Shown: positions 51,372 through 63,515, numbered from the whole stretch's first letter. The stretch: DNA of 63,747 nt, filler included, from Octopus bimaculoides (GCF_001194135.2; 5 parts of 5 records of this genome joined end to end with filler, not necessarily neighbours in it); one strand, 5' to 3'. Numbers and translations: made by a program. The notes: generated from the sequence alone by a model not told the origin.

Positions 51372-53520
51372 GAAAGTTTCCAACAGTGCACCGTACACTT
51401 AGCCAAAATGGCTTCATACAATGCTGCTTCCAGGGCTACTGAGGGCCCGGAACAAAGGGTGACTTGCCTGGCTTGAAACGCTGCTGCTAATGCTGCTTCC
51501 AGGGCTTCAGAGGGCCAGGAACAAAGGGCCACTCGACTGGCTAGAAACGCTGCGGCTACTGCTGCTTCCAGATCTTCTGAATGTTTGCAACAACAGACGA
51601 CTTGCCTTCCTAGGAATGCTGTGGCTATGACTGCTTCCATAGCTTCTGAAGATGCAGTTTCGAGACATAAGAACTGTTGACGGTGAATTATGTGACACTT
51701 TCCAGGAGGCCTGCTTCTGGCGTGGACTTTTGGAGGACGATTCACAGTGGGACGCCACTATGGCAGAGGGCATTTTGTTAAAATCCCCTAAAAGACTAAG
51801 ATCACTTTTCGCTATTCTACTCCTATTGTGCCATTTGGGTGATCCTGCTTCTTTATGGATTACCTACAAAGATTACATGTCTGAAGATTTCCTGCGTCAA
51901 GCTCAGTTGCTAAATTCGTCAATGGAGGTCAGGTACAGTGAACTCATTTACAGCAGGGCGCTGCTTGAAATCGAAGATACTGTTCTCAATATGGGTGGTA
52001 GTGCGTTGGCAGTATATGGCCTACTTTCAACAAACCGGGAAGGTGCAAACACACTGTCTTCAGATTTGCTGCGTGAGACATGTTATAATGTTGACGAGCT
52101 TGCCCACTACATAGCGGAGAATGAGCCAAAGCCCCTTCCAGAACAGAAGTTTGCTTACAATTCCGTTATTAATTCTGTCCGGGACAAAGCTGGGGGATTT
52201 TTTTCCTCGACGCTCCTGGGGGCACTGGCAAAACTTCTCTCACAAAATTAATATTGGTTGAGATTTGGTGAACACATTGCCTTAGCTGTAGCATCATCTG
52301 GAATTGCAGCTACTTTGTTGCCAGGTGGCAGGACAGCTCACTCCACTTTCAAGCTTCCACTTGACTTAGCGAAGACTGAGATACCAATTTGCAACATCAG
52401 TAACAGCTCTGATCAGGCAGAAGTGTTCAGACGATGCAAACTTATCGTTTGGGATGAATGCACAATGGCCCATAGAGGTGCTTTTGAGGAGCTAGATAGA
52501 TCTCTGGGAGACATCAAAGACTCTACAGCTCCCATGGGAGGCATAACACTTCTTCTTTCAGGGGACTTCAGGCAAACACTGCCAGTTATTTCCAAGGGGA
52601 CTAGAGCTGATACAGTACGTGCGTGTCTTAAGTCATCCACATTGTGGCCCCTGGTGAAGATTCTCAAACTTAACACTAACATGCGTGCTCATATGCTAGG
52701 TTACATAGCATCAGCACAATTTTCTCACACCCTCCTTGCACTTGGCGAAGGCAAACTCCCTGCGACGAAAAGGGTAATGTTGCCATCGATTCACTTTGTA
52801 CTATTGTTAATACGCCTTCTGATCTCACGGATGCAGTGTTCCCAGATCTCCAAGCAAATTATCAGAATATGGATTGGATTGGCCAAAGGGCTATTCTGGC
52901 CCCGAAGAAAAAAACTGTTAACCATATTAATGATCAAAGGCTAAAACTCATTCCTGGAGATGACTATATATATAAGTCTATCGATAGAACTCCTGACCCC
53001 GAGGATGTCCTCAACTATCCAATAGAGGTACTAAATTCCTTTGAGCCCCCTGGACTACCCCCACACATTCTGAAACTTAAAATTGGTGCTCATTCGAAAT
53101 TTGGTCCCGCTGAAACAATGCAATGGGACACGTTTGATCATTAAGAGGTCACAGTAATCACAGGGTGTGATCATTAAGAGGCCACAGTAATCACGTTTGA
53201 TCATTAAGAGGCCACAGTAATCACAGGGTGTGGTCAAGGCAACATTGTGCTCATACCGAGGATGCATCTTTTCCCATCAGGAGCAGACCTACCTTTCACA
53301 TTTTGGAGGTCCCAGTTCCCAGTCAGGCCATGCTTCACAATGTCAATTAACAAAGCACAGGGGCAAATGCTGTCTGTCACAGGAATACATTTGGGGGAGC
53401 TGTGTTTCTCTCATGGTCAGCTTTACGTTGGCTGCTCATGTGTGGGCAGCAAGAGTGATGCTTTTGCGTTCATTCCACATGGAAAACAAAAAACATTGCG
53501 TACAAGGAGGTTTTATAGGA
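51372..53520 (+). pseudogene. Helitron RepHel pseudogene: four STPR-like 23-aa repeats fused to a PIF1-family helicase; HUH Rep domain absent
   Basis: FRDIRTVDG..TFQEAC..GLLEDD; frameshifted Walker A FLDAPGGTGKT (~52203); SSGIAATLLPGGRTAHS; DECTM; GDFRQTLPV; FPVRPCFTMSINKAQGQ; FSHGQLYVG. Multiple frameshifts and stops. Confidence 0.92.
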
Positions 53521-55119
53521 TTACTTCGCTTCCTAATTTTATAACTTTTTCTAATTTAAAAAAAATTTTTGCCTTTTCGTCAGTAATTTCTAAGTAGGTG
53601 TAGGTTAATATTCATTGCAGTGCACTTGACACTCCCAACCATCAGCTATAAAAAGGCTGATTCTCATGATGTTACAAAACTTCATTACAAATCAGACCCT
53701 GCTCAAAAATTAGCTGTTGTTCCTCACTAACCCCCATTCGGCAGGCATCGGAGGACCATGGACACGTTACTATTTCACTTCTGTACGACTCTTTTATGAC
53801 GACATTTACATTTTTAGGTGGTTCCCTGCAATTACTTCACACTTCACCAACACCTGGCCTCCACTCAGCTCTATTTCCCTCCCTTCGTCAGCACAGCAGC
53901 CTCATCTTCTACATCCGACGTACATGAAACATCTCCCCCCTTCCATCTCCTCTCTCAACATTACAGTTTACATCAGCGGCAACAGGATCACGACATACAA
54001 TTTCAAAACCAAGCAACATATCATTTTATACAACAACAAATGTAATCATAACGACGATCAATGAAACAAATGGATAAAAATAATTACATGAAGTAACTAT
54101 CTCTTACATGCCATTACAATTTACATCAAATAACAAGACTTCAAAAGTCGATAAAACTAAATACATACATCCTCTCTCTCACTATTATATTTTNNNNNNN
54201 NNNNNNNNNNNNNNNNNNNNNNNNNNNNNNNNNNNNNNNNNNNNNNNNNNNNNNNNNNNNNNNNNNNNNNNNNNNNNNNNNNNNNNNNNNNNNNNNNNNN
54301 NNNNNNNNNNNNNNNNNNNNNNNNNNNNNNNNNNNNNNNNNNNNNNNNNNNNNNNNNNNNNNNNNNNNNNNNNNNNNNNNNNNNNNNNNNNNNNNNNNNN
54401 NNNNNNNNNNNNNNNNNNNNNNNNNNNNNNNNNNNNNNNNNNNNNNNNNNNNNNNNNNNNNNNNNNNNNNNNNNNNNNNNNNNNNNNNNNNNNNNNNNNN
54501 NNNNNNNNNNNNNNNNNNNNNNNNNNNNNNNNNNNNNNNNNNNNNNNNNNNNNNNNNNNNNNNNNNNNNNNNNNNNNNNNNNNNNNNNNNNNNNNNNNNN
54601 NNNNNNNNNNNNNNNNNNNNNNNNNNNNNNNNNNNNNNNNNNNNNNNNNNNNNNNNNNNNNNNNNNNNNNNNNNNNNNNNNNNNNNNNNNNNNNNNNNNN
54701 NNNNNNNNNNNNNNNNNNNNNNNNNNNNNNNNNNNNNNNNNNNNNNNNNNNNNNNNNNNNNNNNNNNNNNNNNNNNNNNNNNNNNNNNNNNNNNNNNNNN
54801 NNNNNNNNNNNNNNNNNNNNNNNNNNNNNNNNNNNNNNNNNNNNNNNNNNNNNNNNNNNNNNNNNNNNNNNNNNNNNNNNNNNNNNNNNNNNNNNNNNNN
54901 NNNNNNNNNNNNNNNNNNNNNNNNNNNNNNNNNNNNNNNNNNNNNNNNNNNNNNNNNNNNNNNNNNNNNNNNNNNNNNNNNNNNNNNNNNNNNNNNNNNN
55001 NNNNNNNNNNNNNNNNNNNNNNNNNNNNNNNNNNNNNNNNNNNNNNNNNNNNNNNNNNNNNNNNNNNNNNNNNNNNNNNNNNNNNNNNNNNNNNNNNNNN
55101 NNNNNNNNNNNNNNNNNNN

Positions 55120-55563
55120 GGACATAATAGCCCCTATTGAAGAGATAGCCGTAAAGATATCAAAAGCTCAGGGAGATGAACTAAGGTGGAAGGTGAGACA
55201 GGTACTGGAAAAAGCGAAACTTCCCAAATCAAACATCACTAAGGAAGAAAAGTTCGCTATCAAAAGGCTACAAAGAGACAATTCTATCATAATACTCCCA
55301 GCTGACAAGGGAAATGCTACAGTGGTGATGAACAAGTCTGACTACTCTGAAAAATTGGCAAGTCTTATAAGTGATGGTAGCTACAGTAGAGTAAAGAAAG
55401 ACCCAACTCTGAAAACAGAGAAGAAGTTGTCACAGATCTTGATCAAGAACAAGGATCACTTCACACCAATGAAGTACAGACAGCTGACTCAACATTACAG
55501 TAAACTACCACATATGTACGGTCTCCCTAAGATTCACAAGGAAGGTATTCCACTAAGACCTAT
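55120..55563 (+). mobile_element. Penelope-like element ORF fragment (RT N-terminal region), stop-free
   Basis: KSNITKEEKFAIKRL..IIILPADKGNATVVMNKSDY..PHMYGLPKIHKEGIPLRP; bounded by N gaps. Confidence 0.92.
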
Positions 55564-56149
55564 NNNNNNNNNNAATACATACATCCTCTCTCTCACTATT
55601 ATATTTTACACCATTACATTTTACATCAAATACAAAATATTCAACAGTAACAGGTCATTTTACACAACATCTCCATGACAGAAGTGTTGTGATTCATCTA
55701 TTCAGCACCACTAGACTCTTGCCGGTCTGACATATGGTGAGTAGATGCTATTGTTGTATATTTTCAAACTTACCCATATTTACTTACCCATAATTAATCC
55801 CCCTCTTTCCTCCATAGGGCATCCATTCTGTTTTCACAGAGCATGAAGTTTTGTAACAGCATGTCTGCTGCTGTTGGTGGAAAAGGAACACACCGTATTC
55901 ATCTGCAAACGTTTTACACACCCTTCCAAGACTACCTACCAAATTGTTACGATTGTGAGAATGATAACACAGCCTTTTCAGAGCCACCTTACATTCTTAG
56001 AGTGTTGCAATGCTCTTTGCAGGGCTTTCTATCCAGCTGCAAATCGATTAACTTATATCAATCTTTGCCTCAATAATCATAATTGAGTAGAGTCATTAAC
56101 AGTACTTTAAAGCAATTCAGCCCTGAGCAATGCTGGGCACTTCTGCTAG

Positions 56150-56374
56150 TATATCTATATTATTTACATTATTTACATTTGACGGATATTTGTCCTCATC
56201 TTGTTTGTTGTTAACACAACGTTTCGGCTGATATACCCTCCAGCCTTCGTCAGGTGTCTTGGGGAAATTTCGAACCTGGGTTCTCATTCCTAACGATGTT
56301 ACTATTATTATATTATTATTATTATTACTATTATTAATCAGGTTGCTGCCATGAATCGAACTCGGAATCTTGGG
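56150..56374 (-). mobile_element. Inverted PLE terminal-repeat-like unit: Pol III B-box, (AAT)n spacer, hammerhead, tail
   Basis: B box GAGTTCGATTC (56353-56363); homologous to 9554-9660; abuts a forward ORF fragment. Confidence 0.72.
56213..56258 (-). ncRNA. Minimal type-I hammerhead ribozyme (HHR family 2)
   Basis: GACAC-CUGACGA-A-GGCUG(GAGGGUAUAU)CAGCC-GAAAC-GUU^GUGUU: helix I 5 bp, helix II 5-6 bp, palindromic ACGU in place of helix III. Confidence 0.75.
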
Positions 56375-56530
56375 AAAGGGCATGCCTTCATCCGTGAGAG
56401 GATCCATTACAACCGTTGGAAAAAACATCAACTAAATAACGAAATCAAAGAAAGGCTATCTTCATTACTTAGAAAAATAACTAGAGATGACGACAGAAAG
56501 AGAATCCAACAAGATCTAAGAAAATCGTAC
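56375..56530 (+). mobile_element. Probable PLE ORF N-terminal fragment (GHAFIRERIHYNRWKKHQLNNEIKERL...)
   Basis: Stop-free up to the gap; resembles the basic N-terminal region of PLE ORFs (inference). Confidence 0.5.
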
Positions 56531-56747
56531 NNNNNNNNNNNNNNNNNNNNNNNNNNNNNNNNNNNNNNNNNNNNTTAATTAATTAANNNNNNNNNNNNNN
56601 NNNNNNNNNNNNNNNNNNNNNNNNNNNNNNGGTGGTGGTGGTGGTGGTTGTGCTGGTGCAGGTGATAAACGTGTTGTTGTTGTTGCTGTGGTGGCGGCGG
56701 CGGCGGTGGTTGTAGTGGTAGTAGTGGTGTGGTGATTACAGTAACGA

Positions 56748-56796
<49 letters not shown>

Positions 56797-56899
56797 GGTG
56801 GTGAAAGTGATATAGTGGTGTTTTGTAGTTGTTGTTGTAGTACTCAACACTTCTGTTCTGCCTGTTTATACCAATATACATTGATTTCTCTTTACCAAC

Positions 56900-56944
56900 T
56901 GTCTCTCTCTCTCTCTCTCATGTACACACACACACACACATACC

Positions 56945-56979
<35 letters not shown>

Positions 56980-57220
56980 TACATACATACGTACGTACAT
57001 ACATACGTACGTACAGACATATATACGTACATACAGACATACGTACGTAGAAACGTACAGACATACATACGTACATAGAGGTACATACGTACGTACAGAC
57101 AGACAGACGTACATACAAACATACGTAAGTGCATGTGTACGTACGTACGTACGTACGTACAAACGTACATATCTACGTACCTGCACACATACATACAAAC
57201 AGACATACATATCTATGTAC
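56900..57220. repeat. Compound (TACG/TACA/GACA)n tetranucleotide repeat
   Basis: Direct reading. Confidence 0.95.
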
Positions 57221-57499
57221 ATTCACCAGTTCAACCACATATTCATTAACACCAGGAATATACTTCAAAAGTGTTGTTTGAGCTCTCTCAAGGATAACTT
57301 AATACTCACAAGTCAAACACACACACATGCTCATATGCGTATATGAAGGTATCAAAACAGCACGGCCGTATTAGATGCACCCCATTAACGGTGCACATAT
57401 TCAGATGAAAATCTTTTCAATGCATTAATGCATTCAATACAGGCCCAACTTTGCATAGAGGGCTCGAGTTGATTTCAGAAGGGAGGATTTGGAGGTGGG

Positions 57500-57780
57500 T
57501 ACCTCCAGGAAGTTCGATTCCCAATCACATGGTTCCGAGTTCAGTCCCACTGCATGGAACTTCGGGCAAATATTCTTCTGTAGCCATCGGCCGACCGAAG
57601 CCTTGTGAGTGGATTTAGTAGACGGAAAACATCGCTTGACAACCGGTGTTGGTGTGTTTATGGTGTTTGACAAAAGATAGCGATAGAACAAGTGCCAGGC
57701 TTTTGAAAATAAATAAGTACCTGGATCGATTCACTCGACAAAAATTCTGCAAGACGGTGCTCCAGCATGGCCCCAACATG
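57500..57780 (+). mobile_element. SINE family A with internal deletion
   Basis: B-box GAGTTCAGTCCC and tail GACGGTGCTCCAGCATGG. Confidence 0.8.
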
Positions 57781-57899
57781 AATGAAAGAAGTAAGATACG
57801 TGCTTGGAATAATAATCCACGAGTATGATATTTGCTTGTTTATCTTTAGGTGTATACATACAAGACACATATACACTCGTAATTATGTATACTATACGT

Positions 57900-58340
57900 G
57901 TGTGTATACGTATGTATATATACATAGATATGATATATATACATAGATATGATATATATACATATATATGATATATATATATATATATTACATATATATA
58001 ATATATATTACATATATATAATATATATTACATATATATAATATATATTACATATATATAATATANNNNNNNNNNTATATATAATATATATTACATATAT
58101 ATAATATATATTACATATATATAATATATATTACATATATATAATATATATTATATATATATAATATATATACATATATACACATATATATAAATATATA
58201 TATATTATATATATATATATTATATATATATAATATATATACATATATACACATATATATAAATATATATATATATATTATATATAAAATATATATATGT
58301 ATACATATATATAATATATATATGTGTGTAATATATATAT

Positions 58341-58374
<34 letters not shown>

Positions 58375-58525
58375 ATATAAATACATACATATATATATAT
58401 ATATATAATATAAAATATACATATATATAATATAAAATATACATATATATAATATAAAATATATATATATATATATATATAATATATATACATACATACA
58501 TATATATAATATATATGCATATATA
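57900..58525. repeat. AT-rich compound (TA)n minisatellite
   Basis: Direct reading; source of the poly-YI ORFs. Confidence 0.95.
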
Positions 58526-59473
58526 ATTAACAAATAACGACAGATGGATAGAGGTTCACTCACTGGTATATAAAAAATGTATATTTACGTNNNNNNNNNN
58601 NNNNNNNNNNNNNNNNNNNNNNNNNNNNNNNNNNNNNNNNNNNNNNNNNNNNNNNNNNNNNNNNNNNNNNNNNNNNNNNNNNNNNNNNNNNNNNNNNNNN
58701 NNNNNNNNNNNNNNNNNNNNNNNNNNNNNNNNNNNNNNNNNNNNNNNNNNNNNNNNNNNNNNNNNNNNNNNNNNNNNNNNNNNNNNNNNNNNNNNNNNNN
58801 NNNNNNNNNNNNNNNNNNNNNNNNNNNNNNNNNNNNNNNNNNNNNNNNNNNNNNNNNNNNNNNNNNNNNNNNNNNNNNNNNNNNNNNNNNNNNNNNAAAA
58901 AAAAAAAAAAAAAACACAGCTGGAGTGAAAGAAATAAATACGACATTTGATTGGTTAATCAGTGCGAATACGTCACGCCTTTCTCCCGCCTACAATTTTT
59001 ATTTCGACACTTTCTTAATGCATAGACACATTAAAATATATCTACATACATACATGTATATATGTATTAAAATATATGAATATGTATGTGTGTCTTTCTA
59101 TATATGTATGTGTGTCTGTATATATGTATATATATATATATGTAGAAACGGTATTTATTCAAACGTGACGAAGTTGAGAATGGACAGAAAACACATAAAG
59201 GTTTATTTCAGTCTTAAAATATATATATACACACACACACATACATACTCTTAACCGGTTTCATATTTAATTTTCAAAAATGTGTTTTATGTGGAGTTTG
59301 TATCTCAAATTCTGTCTTTTATAGCCGTTGATCTAAAAATCTAGCTAGGTATTCTATCTAACTATCCGTCTGTCTGTCTCTATATCTATCTATCTATCTA
59401 TCTGTTTGTCTATCTTATCTATTTATAATTAGATATTCATATATATAAATATATAGACATATATTCTATCTTT

Positions 59474-59504
<31 letters not shown>

Positions 59505-60734
59505 GATATTATTTCCATTTTCTCCGTCGCTGTCTCTTCGTGTTTTTCTCCAAGTTTTTTTTATTATCAAATACATTTTCTCTCTTTTTTTCTCTTCACG
59601 GCATTGGAGATGTGTGTGCTGGGTGTAAGTGTACGGCTATTCATATACGTATTGTCTATATACGGCTGTCCATATCTGTGTATAAGTGTATGTTTTTCAT
59701 GCATGTGTGCGAGTGCTTACGTGTTTTGTAAGTAATGCGTGTACTGCACGTAGATNNNNNNNNNNNNNNNNNNNNNNNNNNNNNNNNNNNNNNNNNNNNN
59801 NNNNNNNNNNNNNNNNNNNNNNNNNNNNNNNNNNNNNNNNNNNNNNNNNNNNNNNNNNNNNNNNNNNNNNNNNNNNNNNNNNNNNNNNNNNNNNNNNNNN
59901 NNNNNNNNNNNNNNNNNNNNNNNNNNNNNNNNNNNNNNNNNNNNNNNNNNNNNNNNNNNNNNNNNNNNNNNNNNNNNNNNNNNNNNNNNNNNNNNNNNNN
60001 NNNNNNNNNNNNNNNNNNNNNNNNNNNNNNNNNNNNNNNNNNNNNNNNNNNNNNNNNNNNNNNNNNNNNNNNNNNNNNNNNNNNNNNNNNNNNNNNNNNN
60101 NNNNNNNNNNNNNNNNNNNNNNNNNNNNNNNNNNNNNNNNNNNNNNNNNNNNNNNNNNNNNNNNNNNNNNNNNNNNNNNNNNNNNNNNNNNNNNNNNNNN
60201 NNNNNNNNNNNNNNNNNNNNNNNNNNNNNNNNNNNNNNNNNNNNNNNNNNNNNNNNNNNNNNNNNNNNNNNNNNNNNNNNNNNNNNNNNNNNNNNNNNNN
60301 NNNNNNNNNNNNNNNNNNNNNNNNNNNNNNNNNNNNNNNNNNNNNNNNNNNNNNNNNNNNNNNNNNNNNNNNNNNNNNNNNNNNNNNNNNNNNNNNNNNN
60401 NNNNNNNNNNNNNNNNNNNNAAAATGGAAAGAAAGTTAACACACACATGCACAAAAAGAATCACACTTACACACTTACACACGCGCGCGAACCCTTATAC
60501 ACACCCACACACCCACACACACACATACACACCTATATACATACATACTGACGGACTGGATGCTGCGCGCGCAGAAACTAACGAAGTGCTATAAGCGCAT
60601 GCACACACGTTTATATATGCATACATTTATGCACGTGCACATGCACGCATTTGTGCACGGACACATGCATTCGCACACACATGCATTAGCACACACATGC
60701 ATTCACACACTCACGCGCACACATGCATTCACCT

Positions 60735-60850
60735 TGAAGCTATAGAGCTATAGTAGAAGACACTTGCCTAAGGTCTCACGCAGAGGCACTGAACCTGGAA
60801 CCATGTGGTTGGGAAACAAGTTTCTCAACACACAACCATGCCTGCATCTA
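60735..60850 (-). mobile_element. SINE family A head
   Basis: Reverse complement of the 84-180 head. Confidence 0.8.
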
Positions 60851-61309
60851 TGTTTAATCTATCAATCTATATTTTTAAAACACTGTATGCCAATTAACCA
60901 AGTTCAAAAACTAGATCTGTTTACTCAAAATAGGGTACATGTAACTACACACGTGCTGTTGGTGATATTTTTACTTCACTGGACTTTTCTGTTTTCCCCT
61001 CCGACAAAGAGCTATGCTCGAAACATCAAAAGCTCTCTCTTTTTACCGACCATCAAACTAATACATTTCACGTGCAAGTCCTCTTGTTTTGTTATTTTCA
61101 ATGTTCGATTATTCGATTTAACTACAGAATATTTCACGGTATTGCTCAGTATACCCGGATTTCTGGAATCCGGATAAGAGGTTCCGTACTGTACTATGCG
61201 CTGTATTCTGTTTTGTTACGTAGGTGATTGCTCCGGTTCGTGGAAAAATTGCCTGATATGACACCGATCCAAGGGGCAAAAAACGGCTGGAGCCAGCTGC
61301 TGTAAAGTA

Positions 61310-61520
61310 CCCATAGAATGATGCGGAGTGGCGTGATGTGACATAGAACAGTACAGGGTGCCATAGAACGTTATAGAGTGGTATAGAACAGTATAAACTG
61401 ACATAGAGTGGCATAGAGCATCGTGGAGTGTATGGAGAAATGTGAAGTTGCCTGAGGTAGTACAGAATGGCGCGAAGTGGCGTGGAAATAGTGTAGACCG
61501 GAGTGCCATGGTAGGGTAGG
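61310..61520 (+). repeat. Degenerate 5/10-bp-period satellite (CATAGAACAG/TATAGAGTGG)
   Basis: Direct reading. Confidence 0.65.
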
Positions 61521-62428
61521 CCCCAGGATGGAATATAGTGATTGGCACGGAGATGCGTTTAAAGGGAAGTAACGGGAAGTGGATTAAAATGATGGAGTGG
61601 TGGTGGTGGTGGTGGTGGTGGTNNNNNNNNNNNNNNNNNNNNNNNNNNNNNNNNNNNNNNNNNNNNNNNNNNNNNNNNNNNNNNNNNNNNNNNNNNNNNN
61701 NNNNNNNNNNNNNNNNNNNNNNNNNNNNNNNNNNNNNNNNNNNNNNNNNNNNNNNNNNNNNNNNNNNNNNNNNNNNNNNNNNNNNNNNNNNNNNNNNNNN
61801 NNNNNNNNNNNNNNNNNNNNNNNNNNNNNNNNNNNNNNNNNNNNNNNNNNNNNNNNNNNNNNNNNNNNNNNNNNNNNNNNNNNNNNNNNNNNNNNNNNNN
61901 NNNNNNNNNNNNNNNNNNNNNNNNNNNNNNNNNNNNNNNNNNNNNNNNNNNNNNNNNNNNNNNNNNNNNNNNNNNNNNNNNAGAAATAGGTTGGTTATCG
62001 AATGTTTGAAAGAAATATAAAAACAAAAAGATAAAAAAAAAACAACAAACAACAACAACACTTTGGGTAGTAAATTGAATTGCGAATATTGTGAGGGAGG
62101 TGGGGGACGTTTGGTGGCTGGGGTAGGGCAGGGTGGCAATAACTGGATGGAACAGCAGCTTTGCCATCAATTAATAGCCCACCTCCTTGGTTTTGTTTAA
62201 ATATCGTCGTTGATGTTGTTGTTGTTGCTTTTTGGTTCGGCTTTCATGTTCTTTCCCCACACCCGTGCGCGCGCGCGCGCGCGTGTGTGGACAGAGAGAG
62301 ATTTTAATTTTCACGTTGTTATGGTTTATTATAAGCTCACGATGACAACGACGACGCATGGATACGTACATGTATACATACACACACATACACACATACA
62401 AAGATATATATATGTGTGTGTATATATG

Positions 62429-62471
<43 letters not shown>

Positions 62472-62571
62472 NNNNNNNNNNNNNNNNNNNNNNNNNNNNN
62501 NNNNNNNNNNNNNNNTTAATTAATTAANNNNNNNNNNNNNNNNNNNNNNNNNNNNNNNNNNNNNNNNNNNN

Positions 62572-62603
<32 letters not shown>

Positions 62604-63039
62604 AAGGTTAAAATACAAAAGTCATAATAGCAACAATGTTTAGTCTCAACATTACAATAAATACACCGTATTTTACTGTGAGCACATTTCCTCTTGCACG
62701 GAAACAAAAACTTACACATACATATATGCGTGCACAGTACATGCACACACACATCCACACACATGTACATACACACATGTGCGCATACACATACAGTTTG
62801 TATAAGAGTTTAAAATGGTTTTCATACAGTAATTAATTCATTCACATATCTACAACATTATAATCTTATCTTCAAGAGTAAGTGTTTTTGGCACTACTTT
62901 TATAGGAAGAAGGAGTAATTTCAGTTTTGACTGTTAAATTTTGTCATCAATCAGAAGTTTACAAAGCTAACAGTCAAAAATTCAAATTTTGGCAATAACA
63001 TTTACAAAATTTTACTCTAAAGTGGTAGCNNNNNNNNNN

Positions 63040-63086
<47 letters not shown>

Positions 63087-63515
63087 TGATAAAGGTTAAA
63101 ATACGAAAGTCATAATAGCAACAATATTTAGTCTCAACATTACAATAAATTCACCGTATTTTACTGTGAGCACATTTCCTCTTGCACAGATACTAAAACT
63201 TACACATACATATATGCATGCACAGTACACGCAAACACACCCACACATGCACACATACACACGTGCACGCACACACACACAATTTGTATAAGAGTTTAAA
63301 ATGGTCTTCATACAGTAATTAATTCATTCACATATCTACAACATTATAATCTTATCTTCAAGAGTAAGTGTTTTTGGCACTACTTTTATAGGAAGAAGGA
63401 GTAATTTCAGTTTTGACTGTTAAATTTTGTCATCAATCAGAAGTTTACAAAGCTAACAGTCAAAAATTCAAATTTTGGCAATAACATTTACAAAATTTTA
63501 CTCTAAAGTGGTAGC
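62572..63515 (+). repeat. ~450-bp near-identical tandem copy across a 10-N gap
   Basis: 62572-63029 matches ~63072-63515 with scattered substitutions. Confidence 0.9.

Larger units (their letters stand above)
49649..56149 (+). mobile_element. Internally deleted Helitron
   Basis: 3' hairpin GCCC-TG-AGC(AAT)GCT-GGGC (56120-56138), then CTAG|T at 56146-56150; RepHel remnants inside. The 5' A|TC terminus at 49649 is tentative. Confidence 0.7.

Noticed and set aside
51329-51745. 138-aa minus-strand Ala-rich ORF
   Set aside because: Antisense shadow of the STPR-like repeats on the + strand.
61125-61193. Tigger-like MITE with CCGGATT/AATCCGG hairpin
   Set aside because: Only one convincing terminus; insufficient support.
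12087-62527. Long ORFs of 130-430 aa in the supplied track
   Set aside because: They run through N gaps and (TA)n/(CA)n tracts and contain no coding signal.
19959-62527. Recurrent TTAATTAATTAA palindrome
   Set aside because: Always embedded in N runs; a scaffolding spacer, not biology.
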